Source: Leptogorgia sarmentosa (Eukaryota). From it: 64,000 nt of DNA. A program made the translations under genes and the position numbers. The stretch lies in the NCBI GenBank assembly GCA_964658305.1, contig OZ210884.1, positions 1,550,001-1,614,000 on the forward strand, read 5' to 3'. The notes under the pieces are model-generated. The model saw only the letters and a list, made by a program, of their open reading frames with translations, had not been told where the DNA came from and made no database searches. Below are positions 26,597-37,937 of this stretch, piece by piece (within the stretch, counting starts at the first letter, position 1; each line of letters starts with the position of its first letter).

Positions 26597-27547
26597 TCTT
26601 GCTCAAACTGTGGTGTTTAAAGGGTCTAAATTAGAAAAATAATTAAAGCCCGTTGTAAAAATTTCTCGCCGAGAAGTGTTGAAGCTATTGCCTTTTAATG
26701 TGCATATCTGGCACGATCGGTCAGCTAAATGGAATTGAATCTACATTATCATCAATATACAAAGCCAAGTGGTCAACCGCCCTCTTGCAAACGCTCAGAA
26801 CTGTGGGCCGATGACGAAACACGCGGGCCGTAAATGCATTTGTAGCCCTGCTTAATATTGATCATAATAAAATGATAATAAAATGACTTTTGTCGGGTCA
26901 TATTGTTTATTTGTGGCCCTTGTAGTAGCATTTTCACGTTACTACAATGTTACTACGCGGGCCACAAATAAACAATATGCCCTCCAAAAGTCATATTATT
27001 CCCTTATTTCCATTGAGCTAATGCCAAAGGCTATACGAAATAGTCGTTTTCGGCGATGCAACGGTCTTAAATGTACAAAATTACAAGGTGGTGCCTCGCG
27101 AGAGCGAAGCTTTCGTGGGCACATTTCTAAAAGGGCAAGGCTTCACAAATTTCCGATAACATGACATCGTTTTGCTAGGATTGATTTTCTAGGATCGTTT
27201 TGCCACTTTTCATGTACGCTGAAGCTTTCTATATTGTATTAATAATTATTTGCTTCTGACCGCCTGAATCCCCGCCGTGTTGCCAAATCGTCTTGCTTTG
27301 GAAATTGCTTTCGATCGGCCTACACTAGTACTGATCGATGCTTTGTTTGCACTACTAGGTAGGTAGGTAAAAACTTTATTTAATCACGATAACCCCTACA
27401 GCACATTTCCAAGGGGGGGCGTGCATATTCATGAAAAAAAAAATCAAAGAAGAAATTAGTTATTTACATCACGAACACACTACATAAAATACACTACACA
27501 CATTTAAAAAAGAATACAGTACTGAGGAAGTTATAGATTTTAAAAAT

Positions 27548-28179
27548 GATTACATGGAAGTGCTAGCCCGGTTAGCCGGGCTACCTCGGCCTACCGGGCT
27601 AGCCCGACTTGCTCTATAAATTATATGTATTTTCAACTTTACAATTACATGAGTCAGCCCGGGTTGCCGGCCAGCCCGCTTTGCCGAGATCTCGCTTTTT
27701 GCAAGCGGGCTGGCCCGCTTTCCCGGGATGAAAAACGCCATGTAATAATTGTTTCATCCCGGCAAGCCGGGCTGAAAATCTCATACGCACGTCTTTTTAT
27801 ATTGAAAATTTAAACAAATAGCGCTACTGGAAACTCAAACTAGCAATAAAATGTTGTTTTTGTGTTTCAATAGTCGCACAGTAAGAGGAACCGTATTCTC
27901 CGAACGTATAAGCGAAGAATTTGTTTACGTCAACGATGAATGAAATCATATGAACAAACATCAATCAATAGGTGAAAAAGCCTTTAAATGCAGTATATTT
28001 AAAGCAGTATTCTATTTATATATAACGACGATAATTGCACAATTTAAAAATAGTTTTAATGAGCTTATTTCAGCTCGGTTTACCCGGCTAGCCCGGTCCA
28101 TGTAATTGTAATTCAAAGTTATCTCGCTTAAGCGGGCTAGCTCGTTGAACCGGCTAGCCCGGTCCATGTAATCAGCCCC
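27548..28179. mobile_element. Harbinger-like non-autonomous element with internal gctagcccgg repeats
   Basis: Inverted ends gattacatgg ... ccatgtaatcagcccc with repeated subterminal ccggctagcccgg motifs. Confidence 0.55.
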
Positions 28180-28185
28180 TTACAC

Positions 28186-28827
28186 ACAGGCGCTTCTTAG
28201 CTTAGAGAGATTAGCAAGAATCCAGATAAATATATAGAGATCGGGCGTGAGCGCACAAGGGTTCATGGGCAGGCGCGACGGACTTGTGAAGCTCCTGGTA
28301 GAATATGCAAATTTCGGTCTATCACTTTTGCAAAAAAATGGTCTGCGTATGAAAAGCTTCAAAATGTGATAATTTTTGAAAAATCTCGCACCGGTTGCAC
28401 TTAAATATGGATGATTTGGAAAAATCGCTTCGGGAATTATCTCTCGAAGGTAGTTTTATACTGTCATCTTCATTCTTGATTTTATGACGATTCTGACAAA
28501 TCTCGCTTCGCATACACACTACATTGTTTCAATTCGTTTAAATATTTCGCTTCAATAGCATCGTCGAGTTAATCCGAAGAAGAAATTACACCGTTCAGAA
28601 TGTACCGCTCGATGGACTGGCCTTTCAATTTCATCAACAACAGCAATTACCTCATTTGCATTTAGAATATGGACAAGTCAGTCGTCCGCCATGTCTTTTG
28701 CATATTCTGCCAGGCGCTTCCTCCGTCGCGCCTGCCCATGAACCCTTGCGCGCTCGCGCCCGATCTCTATATATTTATCTGGATTCTTGCTAATCTCTCT
28801 AAGCTAAGAAGCGCCTGGGTACGAGGC
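28186..28827. mobile_element. Foldback/MITE with ~130-bp inverted arms
   Basis: 28186-28312 is approximately the reverse complement of 28698-28817 (caggcgcttcttagcttagagagattagcaagaatcc...); the right end is ctgggtacgaggct. Confidence 0.8.
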
Positions 28828-28937
28828 TGCCCTTACACATATAATTTGAGCATTGAGCTATATGATTATAATTGCGGTGCTACTTTAACAGAATGTGTAC
28901 AGTTTTTATATACCGTTCTGCGACACAACGAGACTTA

Positions 28938-29123
28938 AAGCCCTTTCTACACGAGCAATTTTTATGTGGCAATTTCGCATGTGACAATTTTTATTTACCC
29001 GTGTAGACGAGCAAAATTCGGCAATTTTTGTGTGGCAAATACATTTTTTGAAAAGCTGGCGTGTTAGCTTTTATGTGGCAAATAAAAATTGCCACATAAA
29101 ATTTGCTCGTGTAAACAGGGCTT
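28938..29123. mobile_element. Harbinger-like MITE
   Basis: aagccctttctacacgagcaa ... ttgctcgtgtaaacagggctt with TTA/TAA-type flanks. Confidence 0.65.
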
Positions 29124-29245
29124 TAGGGCCCGTTTATATGATCCCACTCACCCGGGATTCAATGAGGCGCAAAATGATTTTGAGGTATTGAAATGAGTCA
29201 TAATTTATGATTTGAAGAAATGCTAAACTGCTGGTTGCCCAAGAT

Positions 29246-29414
29246 CAGGGCCGTCGCTAGAACGTTAATTGGGGGGGGGGTGCATAATTTGGCGTTCTGC
29301 CGACTGATTTCTTTAGAAATTAATTCATAAACAACTGATTTCAAAAGAAATCAGTCGGCAGAACGCTAAAATATGAATATGCACCCCCCAATTAACGCTC
29401 TAGCGACGGCCCTA
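29246..29414. mobile_element. hAT-like MITE
   Basis: TIR cagggccgtcgctag ... ctagcgacggcccta; exact 8-bp TSD cccaagat (29238-29245 and 29415-29422). Confidence 0.9.
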
Positions 29415-29809
29415 CCCAAGATTTTGTTCTGTTGAAATATCAAACACACAAAATGTTGTTGGGCATCAATTTTTATTAAATATATCTTTTTCGTTTATCG
29501 GTACTAAAAGTGTCCTAACCTTGGTTGTTTCTTTTCATGGACGTGACTCATTTCATATCTGAACAAACAGGCCCATAGTCTCAAATGACGACATGTAAGT
29601 ATTTATTTCATGACCTCTGAATCCAAATAGTGTTTACATTTTAAGACGTGTAAGTGCATTTGTATGAACTACTATTCATACACGTTCCTATCAGTGTAGA
29701 ACTGCATGAATATCGTTTACAAGCCATGAAAATTTGAGCGTTGCGGTTGATCGGATGTGTTAAATGCAAATACACAAACAGGGGAAAATTTTGTTAGATT
29801 TAATATGAA

Positions 29810-30035
29810 GCACTTACCGAATTACCGTGGAACAGCTGGAAGGCCACTTGTGAGTTCAGTGAACAGAATAAATACTCCAGAAACGTACACCAATACCGGA
29901 GAATTTATTTTGACCGAATAGAAAGGAACACGAATTAAACCGGAATACTATTATTTCAACACTAAAACAATATATCTTATATATGCGCGCATGAGTGGAT
30001 ATGCTTAGTTGATTACGCAAATAGAACAATATTCC
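29810..30035 (-). promoter_or_regulatory. Putative non-coding first exon/promoter of MFS-A
   Basis: Minus-strand donor gtaagtgc at ~29817. The block is conserved at 34937-35190 and, more diverged, at ~39335-39590 upstream of MFS-B. Both MFS ATGs have an acceptor just upstream. Confidence 0.5.
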
Positions 30036-30043
30036 GTGTCCAG

Positions 30044-33000
30044 CACTGAGCTATACTTAATATATCTGGAGATCGGGTCGTAATACCACGCCGTACAAAA
30101 TAGTGTCGCCAAAAACATGGCGGATTTTAGCCAAATTTACGTCATTATGACGTAGTAAGTCCCCTATTTCAGGGGACTAACCACTGACCAAATAACATTG
30201 CCGAAAGTGAGCAGTTTTCTCACCCCCCTGTCTCGATTTTGAAACTATTTGAGTCTTGTTTTTAAAACAAGAGGCAAAAGAACGGGATTGCAGGGTACTT
30301 TGGGGGTAGTTGCAAGGATAAACAAGTCATTTAAGGAATTTTTGGAATATCTGAGGAATTCCGAAGCTTACGCTAAGGAATTTTGAAAATTCGTTGTGAG
30401 AGCGCTGTAACACAGTATACCTATACAGTAGTCCAACTCATTGTTTTTTTGCAAGCTGTATTCGTCACTCAGCAAGTGCCCTAAACAGAAGCATTCACCC
30501 CCCTGAGTATTATTCATTTTGAGTATTGCCAGGGGGGTGACTGCTTCTGTTTAGGGCACTTGCTGAGTGACGAATACAGCTTACAAAAAAACAATGAGTT
30601 GGACTACTGTATAGGTATACTGTGGCTGTAAATATTAAAATCCAGCTAACATGATAACATCACGTCAAAGTTTTTAATTCAAAACAATATTTCGTTGAAT
30701 TTTGTTGATTATCAACATGCCGCGTTTTTGCTATGTTTACGGATGTCACAACTCCTTTGACAACAAAGAACTGTTGTCACACTGGTAAGGAAATTTTATT
30801 TTATGCTTATACATCGTTCGAAAGGTCGTATGTATGCTTAAATTTATTTACAACAGTCTCTTAAGGCCAGTTTACAATATCAAAGTTTCTGCCATCACAG
30901 TAGGAATCTTGCATGGGTGAAACTTGAGGTTATTTTCACCAGATTTTTACAATTACACTGTTCGTGAAACATGTACAGTACATTTATTGTTGATTAATAT
31001 TAAACAAGAATGCTATGCTGGTCATGTGGCAAGTAAGACCATACAATCTTTATCTTGGCCAATTTGTTCCATAACCTCCTTGGCTTCCCTGCATTCTGAA
31101 TGCTCCCAGTTTGTGCTAAAAGGAATGATCTCTTCCATGCTGTCTAGAAATAGGGATGAAACTGTAGTATTCATTGCTCTTGTCATGGTCAAGTTGTTGA
31201 AGACATGGATGGCCACCTTAAATGTGAACAATGTCAAACCAAAGGAATGGTGGAAATGACTGGTAATAATGACACATTGAAGGTAGGCATACTTGGAGTG
31301 TTACTGTGGAGTTTTATATTTATATCTTTCTGTGATACAATGGAATTTAACTGCTTGATTGTCTTGTTTGTTCATAGTTGTTCAAACTTGATGGGTTCTG
31401 GTGTTGGCAGTACAATCTTTGCATAACTATTATGCCCCCAAAAAGATGGGAGGAAGCAAGGTTCAGTGCACCACTGGCATGGGTGCCATGACATTGTTTT
31501 TAATAATAACTAAGTTTTAATAATGATTTCTTCAATAATAATATTGTTTTAAATAACTAATTAATATAATTAATTCATTTGTTAATAGTTGTTGTACATA
31601 GTTTTTAATAATTTGTTCTCCAATGTTCAGGAGCTGAAATAATAAATAAGGAAATAATAAATAAGTAAGTTAAAATTTAATCTAATTACTAATGTATTAA
31701 TATATTTATTTTGTCTCAATCAATTCTATGCATATCTAATTCTCTTGAATGCAAATTGATGAGTGCAATCACATTTGCCACATAACTGGACCATTTCACA
31801 TTGATTTTGAAGTTGAAAGCATCAAATTAAACTAGAAAGTGAACACAATTCGATAAGTATTTATTTCTTAGTTGTGCTGGCTAATCAAAGTCAATATGCC
31901 AGCAAAATTAGGTGCTGAGCAAATGGGGATTGACATTCATAGAATTGGTTGAGGAACTTGTTTACTCTTACTTGTGTTGTATGTGTTTTAAAATAAAAAA
32001 ATAAATTTGTTGTGATTTGAATGTGAATATATTTAACAATTATACCATGAGCTCGAGTCGTATATGAGCTGATAGCCGACGAGTTGGCTATCAGCCATAT
32101 ACGACGAGAGCGAATGGTATAATTGTTTTATTATATAGACAAAAGCCTAACATTATATTAAACGATATTAAAATCATTCATTTGAGGGAAACGCTCAGCC
32201 ATTTTGTTTTAAGCTTACTTGAGTGAGATAATTAATTCGTCCTACTCACTATATATGAAGTAATAGCTAGTGAGTAGCTCAGCCAATCAGATTACAGAAT
32301 ATCTCATATATAGTGCTTGTCTATATAATAATATTGTATATCCTGAAATATTATATCATTATCTTGGAAATTTTCTGATAAAATATTATTCTTCAATGCA
32401 AATAAAAATGATATATGAATTGCATAAAATGCAGATATCAAACATTCTAGATCAAGCATCTAAAAGGCAATTGTTCCTTGAATGTTCAATCAAATAGTGG
32501 CATTACCTTTTTCAAGCAAGACCATTATAAATATATACACTTCACTTCATATTGACATGCTGCATTTTTCAATAATTTCATCGATAGAATATACCTGAAA
32601 TTGCAATACATACAGATACAAAACTTAGTGGTGATATCAGCGGTTATTACAATAAAACAACAACTTCGTCTTGAAACAACGTCTTCTTATAGCTCAGTGG
32701 TGGCCGTCAGGCAAGCAGTAAGCTCCATTCCTGTCCTCTTTAATCAATCACGTTCGGTATTTATAGACGCGTACATCAACAAATACAACAATATATTTTT
32801 GAGATGTAAGAGAATTTTAATACTTTATCTCAATTCTTTGAAAAAATATCAAAACAACACTGCAGTATATATTTGTTAAATAGTAACAAACAGTAAAATC
32901 CAGGGGGGGTTGGAAACGGCGCCTGCACACACTTCAACTGTGGTCAGTAATTACCATCATGAGAATAGGGGACGTGTGACGTAAAATCCGCCATGTTTTT

Positions 33001-33056
33001 GGCGACACTTCAAAGTGGAGAGCCCGATCTCCAGATATATTAAGTATAGCTCAGTG
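30044..33056 (+). mobile_element. P-element superfamily DNA transposon, internally deleted/degenerate (~3.0 kb)
   Basis: Perfect 34-bp TIRs cactgagctatacttaatatatctggagatcggg; 28-bp subterminal inverted repeat (30102-30129 / 32982-33009); exact 8-bp TSD gtgtccag; THAP-like exon MPRFCYVYGCHN at 30717-30784 followed by gtaag. Confidence 0.88.
30411..30624. mobile_element. Palindromic MITE nested in the P-element
   Basis: ~90-bp near-perfect inverted arms starting cacagtatacctatacag; exact 7-bp TSD gctgtaa (30404-30410 and 30625-30631). Confidence 0.9.
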
Positions 33057-33498
33057 GTGTCCAGGGGCCGCGGAAGATCGATAATTGGGGGGCACATATT
33101 CATATATTCGTGTTCAAAGACCTTGAAAACAATTGATTTCAAAGGAAATCAGTAATGCACAACACGAATATATGAATATGTGCCCACCCCCCCCCCTTCC
33201 CCAATGAATATGTCATCAATCATCATCCAATAAAGGAGTTACTAACGGTTTTTAGTTCAAATCATAATCGTATTAATTAGCATTACGTATAACAAGCTGA
33301 TTGATGATTGGTGATTTATTCAATTTGGAAATATAATCTCTTATAACGCGTTTGCACCCAGTCCTTGGGGATTAAGACAACAAGGAATTCGGCAATCATG
33401 TTGGTGCACCACTTTTCAGAAGAAAATATTTAAAATATGTTGTTCTAGTACACCAAAATGGTGGCCGTGAAGTCATGTGTAAACACTCTATCTACTTG

Positions 33499-33712
33499 AG
33501 CCTGCCGCACACGAGAGCTATCTGCTGAGCTGATAGTCACTCGTGCCTATTCCCGTAAGCAAAATCCCGCCGTGTGCGGCTACATTTTGAGAGGTCTTCG
33601 TCACGCGTGCCAAAAATATTTCAAAATTTTGCCGTACAAGGGAGCATTCTGCTTACGCCAACAGGCACGAGTGACTGTCAGCTCAGCAAATAGCTCCGGT
33701 TTGTGGTAGGCT
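33499..33712. mobile_element. MITE; a related copy is at ~42978-43179
   Basis: agcctgccgcacacgagagcta ... tagctccggtttgtggtaggct; a homologous inverted-end element lies in ABCB intron 1. Confidence 0.65.
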
Positions 33713-33907
33713 TTATACTGTAGAAAAAATATGAAATCACGGAGGCACAGAAACATCAAGTTCGTCACACCTATGTGAATGATAATTACAATATCATGAA
33801 TAAAAATTTCATCGAATGCATAATTAATTAATTCAGGTTCCGCTCTTTTTTGGGACACTCTGCATAGACGTATGAATAAAAGTTCTGCTATGAGTTATCG
33901 AGATTCT

Positions 33908-34162
33908 ACACGCGCACCAGTTAGCGTTGTAGCTATTTTTCGTTTCTTTAATGCATTTTCCAGTATTTCGATTAAATACGAAATACAAAAAAATGTCATT
34001 TCGAATCAAACACAGTGATATCTTACATATATAATGTCCATTAGCACACATGACTATACTTCAGCGGTTCGGAACCATTTCCTTAAATAATATGATATAC
34101 CATACGACACCTGCTAACCAAAGGAAAATCATGCCGAAGCAGTAATAAAGCAAACTCGTTTT
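33908..34162 (-). pseudogene. Truncated third MFS copy: last ~32 codons plus 3'UTR, matching copy B
   Basis: 33908-34160 is near-identical to 36484-36735 (stop of MVPNR* at ~34061), then joins at a T-run to sequence matching 28697 onward. Confidence 0.9.
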
Positions 34163-34183
34163 TTGCATATTCTGCCAGGCGCT

Positions 34184-34474
34184 TTGGTCGGCACTAGATC
34201 ATGGTGATCTTACGCACATATCCGCGACTGCTGTACATTCACGTCAGCGGTGATAGAAATTTCTATTGGCTTATTCACAAAATAAAACAAAATAAACCAG
34301 TCCCAAACCATAAATCTGACCCTAACCACCAGTCCCAAACCATAACCAAAGGTTAGGGTCAGATTTATGGCTTGGGGCTGGTTTATTTTGTGAATACGCC
34401 AATAGAAATTTCTATCACCGCTGACATGAATATACAGCAGACGCGGATGTGTGCGTAAGGTCACCATGATCCAA
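34184..34474. mobile_element. MITE inserted into the duplicated foldback arm
   Basis: Long inverted arms (gatcatggtga... / ...tcaccatgatc). TSD cgct(t), 4-5 bp; the empty site ccaggcgcttcctccg is at ~28710. Confidence 0.85.
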
Positions 34475-35276
34475 CGCTTCCTCCGTCGCGCCTGTCCATG
34501 AAACCTTGCGCGCTCGCGCCCGATCTCTATATATTTATCTGGATTCTTGCTAGTCTCTCTAAGCTAAGAAGCGCCTGGGTACGAGGCTGCCCTTATAATG
34601 GTGATAATTGCGGTGCTACTTTAACAGAATGTGTCCAGTTTTTATATACCGTTCTGCGACACAACGACACAGAAAACGTACTTGTCCGTAACTGCCTTTA
34701 GTCTTCTCAAATGACGACATGTAAGTATTTACTTCATGACCTCTGAATCCAAATAGTGTTTACATTTTAAGATATGTAAGTGCATTTGTATGAACTACTA
34801 TTCATACACGTTCCTATCAGTGTAGAACTGCATGAATATCGTTCACAAGGCATGAAAATTTGAGCGTTGCGGTTGATCGAATGTGTTAAATGCAAATACA
34901 GAAACATTAGGGGGAAATTTTATTAGATTTAATATGAAGCACTTACCGTATTACCGTGGAACAGCTGGATGGCCGCTTGTGAGTTCGGTGAACAAAAACG
35001 CGCTATATTATCCGTTAAATACTCCAGAAACGTACACCAATACCAGAGAATTTATTTTGACCGAATAGAAAGGAACACGAATTAAACCGGAACTACTGTT
35101 ATTTCAACACTGAAACAATATATTTTATATGCGCGCACGAGTGGAATCAGTGGATATGCTTAGTTGATTACGTAAATAGAACAATATTCTGTATGTCATT
35201 GCTTTCGAGAGTTAGCGAGGCAGCATACTATGCTTGACGTCAGTGATTCCCTCGTCTTCTTCGCGACTTAGTACTA

Positions 35277-35653
35277 GGGACCTTAAGATCTACAACGCTA
35301 CCAACTCAACGACGCGCTTTCCGAACAAAAAAAATTTATGCTGAACAAAAACCAAGCATAAATTGTGGTCCCCAAGGGCCATTCTCAACGGCATTGTTGT
35401 TATCAACGCAACGTTAAACTAAGCATTATCACGTCTTCAAAGCAACCTGAAGGCTGATTACAACGTGAGAGCTGTAACTTCAAGTTGACTACAGCAACAA
35501 TGGCATCGCTTTAGCTGAATCTAGCAGTGTGTAGCTGTTTCTTGAACAAAATTCCAACATCTATTAAAGCATGTAAAGTTTTAAAGTTTCATTTTCAAGC
35601 TGAAATTTAGACCCCGTCGTTGAGCTGGTCGCGTTGTAGATCTTAAGGTCCCT
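35277..35653. mobile_element. MITE
   Basis: agggaccttaagatctacaacgc ... gcgttgtagatcttaaggtccct inverted termini. Confidence 0.75.
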
Positions 35654-36287
35654 AATGTGTGTAGTCAACAACTGGATTTGTGGATGTCCACATTTTCCGA
35701 GGGGATTAATTAAGCGTCAAGCATGCTGTATTAAATAAGGGGTGAGGTCGAACAAAATATTCTATTATTTTTTACGTGGGTAGAGTATTTTAAAGAGCCT
35801 AGGCAAGATAGCTGTACACTCCACACGCTGAACATACGCAAATATGCATTCAATGTCTCCGGCAGGGATTATTCTAAGGTGCAGTAATAACCAATTTGTG
35901 CAGTGATAAAGTTCGTTTGTGCAGTGATAGATGTTATTTTGTGCAGTGATAAATATTTTTAAAACGCTTAGAAATTTGCGAAAAAATGTCAACAAATTTG
36001 TAAAAAAAAATTAAAAACACGTTATAACTTATATGTCAGTCATTAATAGCGTTCTATCGATCTCCAATGGTGGGTGAGCATTGTCTTTTAGCCAACAGGA
36101 TTTTTTTTCCTAATTTTCGACCAGGTACTACAACATTGTTGTTTTAAATATATATTTGTAGCTACATAGAGTGCAGTGAAATTATCTCAGAATAAACCAT
36201 GATGTCTCGTTATGCAAATTGTGTTCATGGTTCGCTCTTGGAAAAAAGCAACCGCAAGTTGTTAGTTAAGGTCACGGTTTACTTTCA

Positions 36288-36378
36288 ATTATAGTGTTTA
36301 CTACACCATTATTATAGTGTTTACTACACCATTATTATAGTGTTTACTACACCATTATTATAGTGTTTACTACACCAC
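36288..36378. repeat. 23-bp minisatellite, ~4 units
   Basis: Unit attatagtgtttactacaccatt, contiguous with no spacers. Confidence 0.95.
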
Positions 36379-36635
36379 TAGGGTTAAGATTATAGTCAAA
36401 GGTTAAGGATTACTACGAGGGCAAGCACAGAGCCTAGTGGGGTAAGTGACCAAGTAGTTATATACTGAAAAAATACCCTGAATACACGCACCAGTTAGCG
36501 TTGTAGCTATTTTTCGTTTCTTTAATGCATTTTCCAGTATTTCGATTAAGTACGAAATACGAAAAAAATGTCATTTCGAATCAAACACAGTGATATCTCA
36601 TATATATAATGTCCATTAGCACACATGACTATACT

Positions 36636-37937
36636 TCAGCGGTTCGGAACCATTTCCTTAAATAATATGATATACCATACGACACCTGCTAACCAAAGGA
36701 ATATCATGCCGAAGCAGTAATAAAGCAAACTGGTTTTCGTAAACACAAAGCTGACCACAACACGACTTATCACAATAGCGGAATGCACAGTTGCTAAGGA
36801 TAAGCCTTGAACAAATGTCGCATATCGTGGGTCAGTTAGTTTTGAAAGAAGTGAATTCCCAAATGGATACATGAAATACGGCATACCAAAGCAAATATAT
36901 AAAAGAAGAATATAGTATTGTGCACTTGTTACTTGATCCCAAGCGAAGGCCAAATAAGTAAGAAAAGAGATTGCAATAATTTCCAAGGACAACGCCAAGA
37001 CAAGAAGGTTTCGTTCCTCGATATACTGGGAAGCAAGAAAAAGACAAATGAATACTACGACTGTAAATAACGTGCAATTCAGAAAGAGCAACTTGGTGTG
37101 TATGAGGTGCAAATGGAAATGTTCCAATGCTAAGATTGGGACATAAAATGTGGATGTGCTGGAATATGCGTCGCTGCAGAACATCAGAAAAATGAGGCAA
37201 ATTATTCTCGAATCAAATATTGTTGCGCCAGAATTGCCCTTCGGAAAAAGTTCGGCTGCTCGATGCTGTTGATTGCCGTTGCTCAATCTTTTACTCGTTT
37301 CGTCATCACTGGAATTCGAATTCCTTTTTATTTTTACTCTCCGACCACCGGTCTCAACCCAAATGTCGGTAGGTAAGGATGCGGACAAGATAAGGAAAAG
37401 AAGCCAAATTACAGTCAGGACAATCCCAGGCGAATTTCCATCATTTATTTCCCATCCAAGTAGATTGAAACGAAATGTAATAAAACTTCCAACTCCGGGT
37501 CCTAATGCGCAGCCAAGACAGTATGCTCCCTCAAGGAGTACAAAACTTTTCCCGCGATTTTCTTCGCTGCTTTGTAGAACAATTTGCCCGAGAAGAACTC
37601 CGATACCGACATCACTTAATCCACTCAGTAGCCTTCCGAAAAGTGGAAAATATTCATTCATATTAATACTGTACATGACATAAGCCACGACTTTTACCAC
37701 GCAAGAGCCAATGTAGAACAGCCTCGGGTTTCCAAGTCGATCGGTTAGGTATCCAAACATCGGTGTGGCAATAACTGCGCCGAAGTTGTACGCACACAGC
37801 ACTAGAGCCAGAAAAAAACGCGTCTGATTCGAAGATTTCACATAACCCCATGCTGTTGGTGCAATGCAATATGATTCAAAACCAGCCAGCAGGAATCGAA
37901 GTACAGCAAGATTTCTAATCCAGTTTCGTCTAACCAT
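36636..37937 (-). CDS. MFS transporter, MFSD8/CLN7-like, copy B (433 aa, intronless CDS)
   Basis: Paralogue of 25310-26596 over its full length; motif A GYLTDRLGNPR; ~12 TM helices. Confidence 0.93.
   Translation of the reverse strand: MVRRNWIRNLAVLRFLLAGFESYCIAPTAWGYVKSSNQTRFFLALVLCAYNFGAVIATPMFGYLTDRLGNPRLFYIGSCVVKVVAYVMYSINMNEYFPLFGRLLSGLSDVGIGVLLGQIVLQSSEENRGKSFVLLEGAYCLGCALGPGVGSFITFRFNLLGWEINDGNSPGIVLTVIWLLFLILSASLPTDIWVETGGRRVKIKRNSNSSDDETSKRLSNGNQQHRAAELFPKGNSGATIFDSRIICLIFLMFCSDAYSSTSTFYVPILALEHFHLHLIHTKLLFLNCTLFTVVVFICLFLASQYIEERNLLVLALSLEIIAISFLTYLAFAWDQVTSAQYYILLLYICFGMPYFMYPFGNSLLSKLTDPRYATFVQGLSLATVHSAIVISRVVVSFVFTKTSLLYYCFGMIFLWLAGVVWYIILFKEMVPNR

Noticed and set aside
36288..36378. 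23-bp repeats as a CRISPR array
   Set aside because: Units are contiguous with no unique spacers, there are no cas genes, and the context is eukaryotic.
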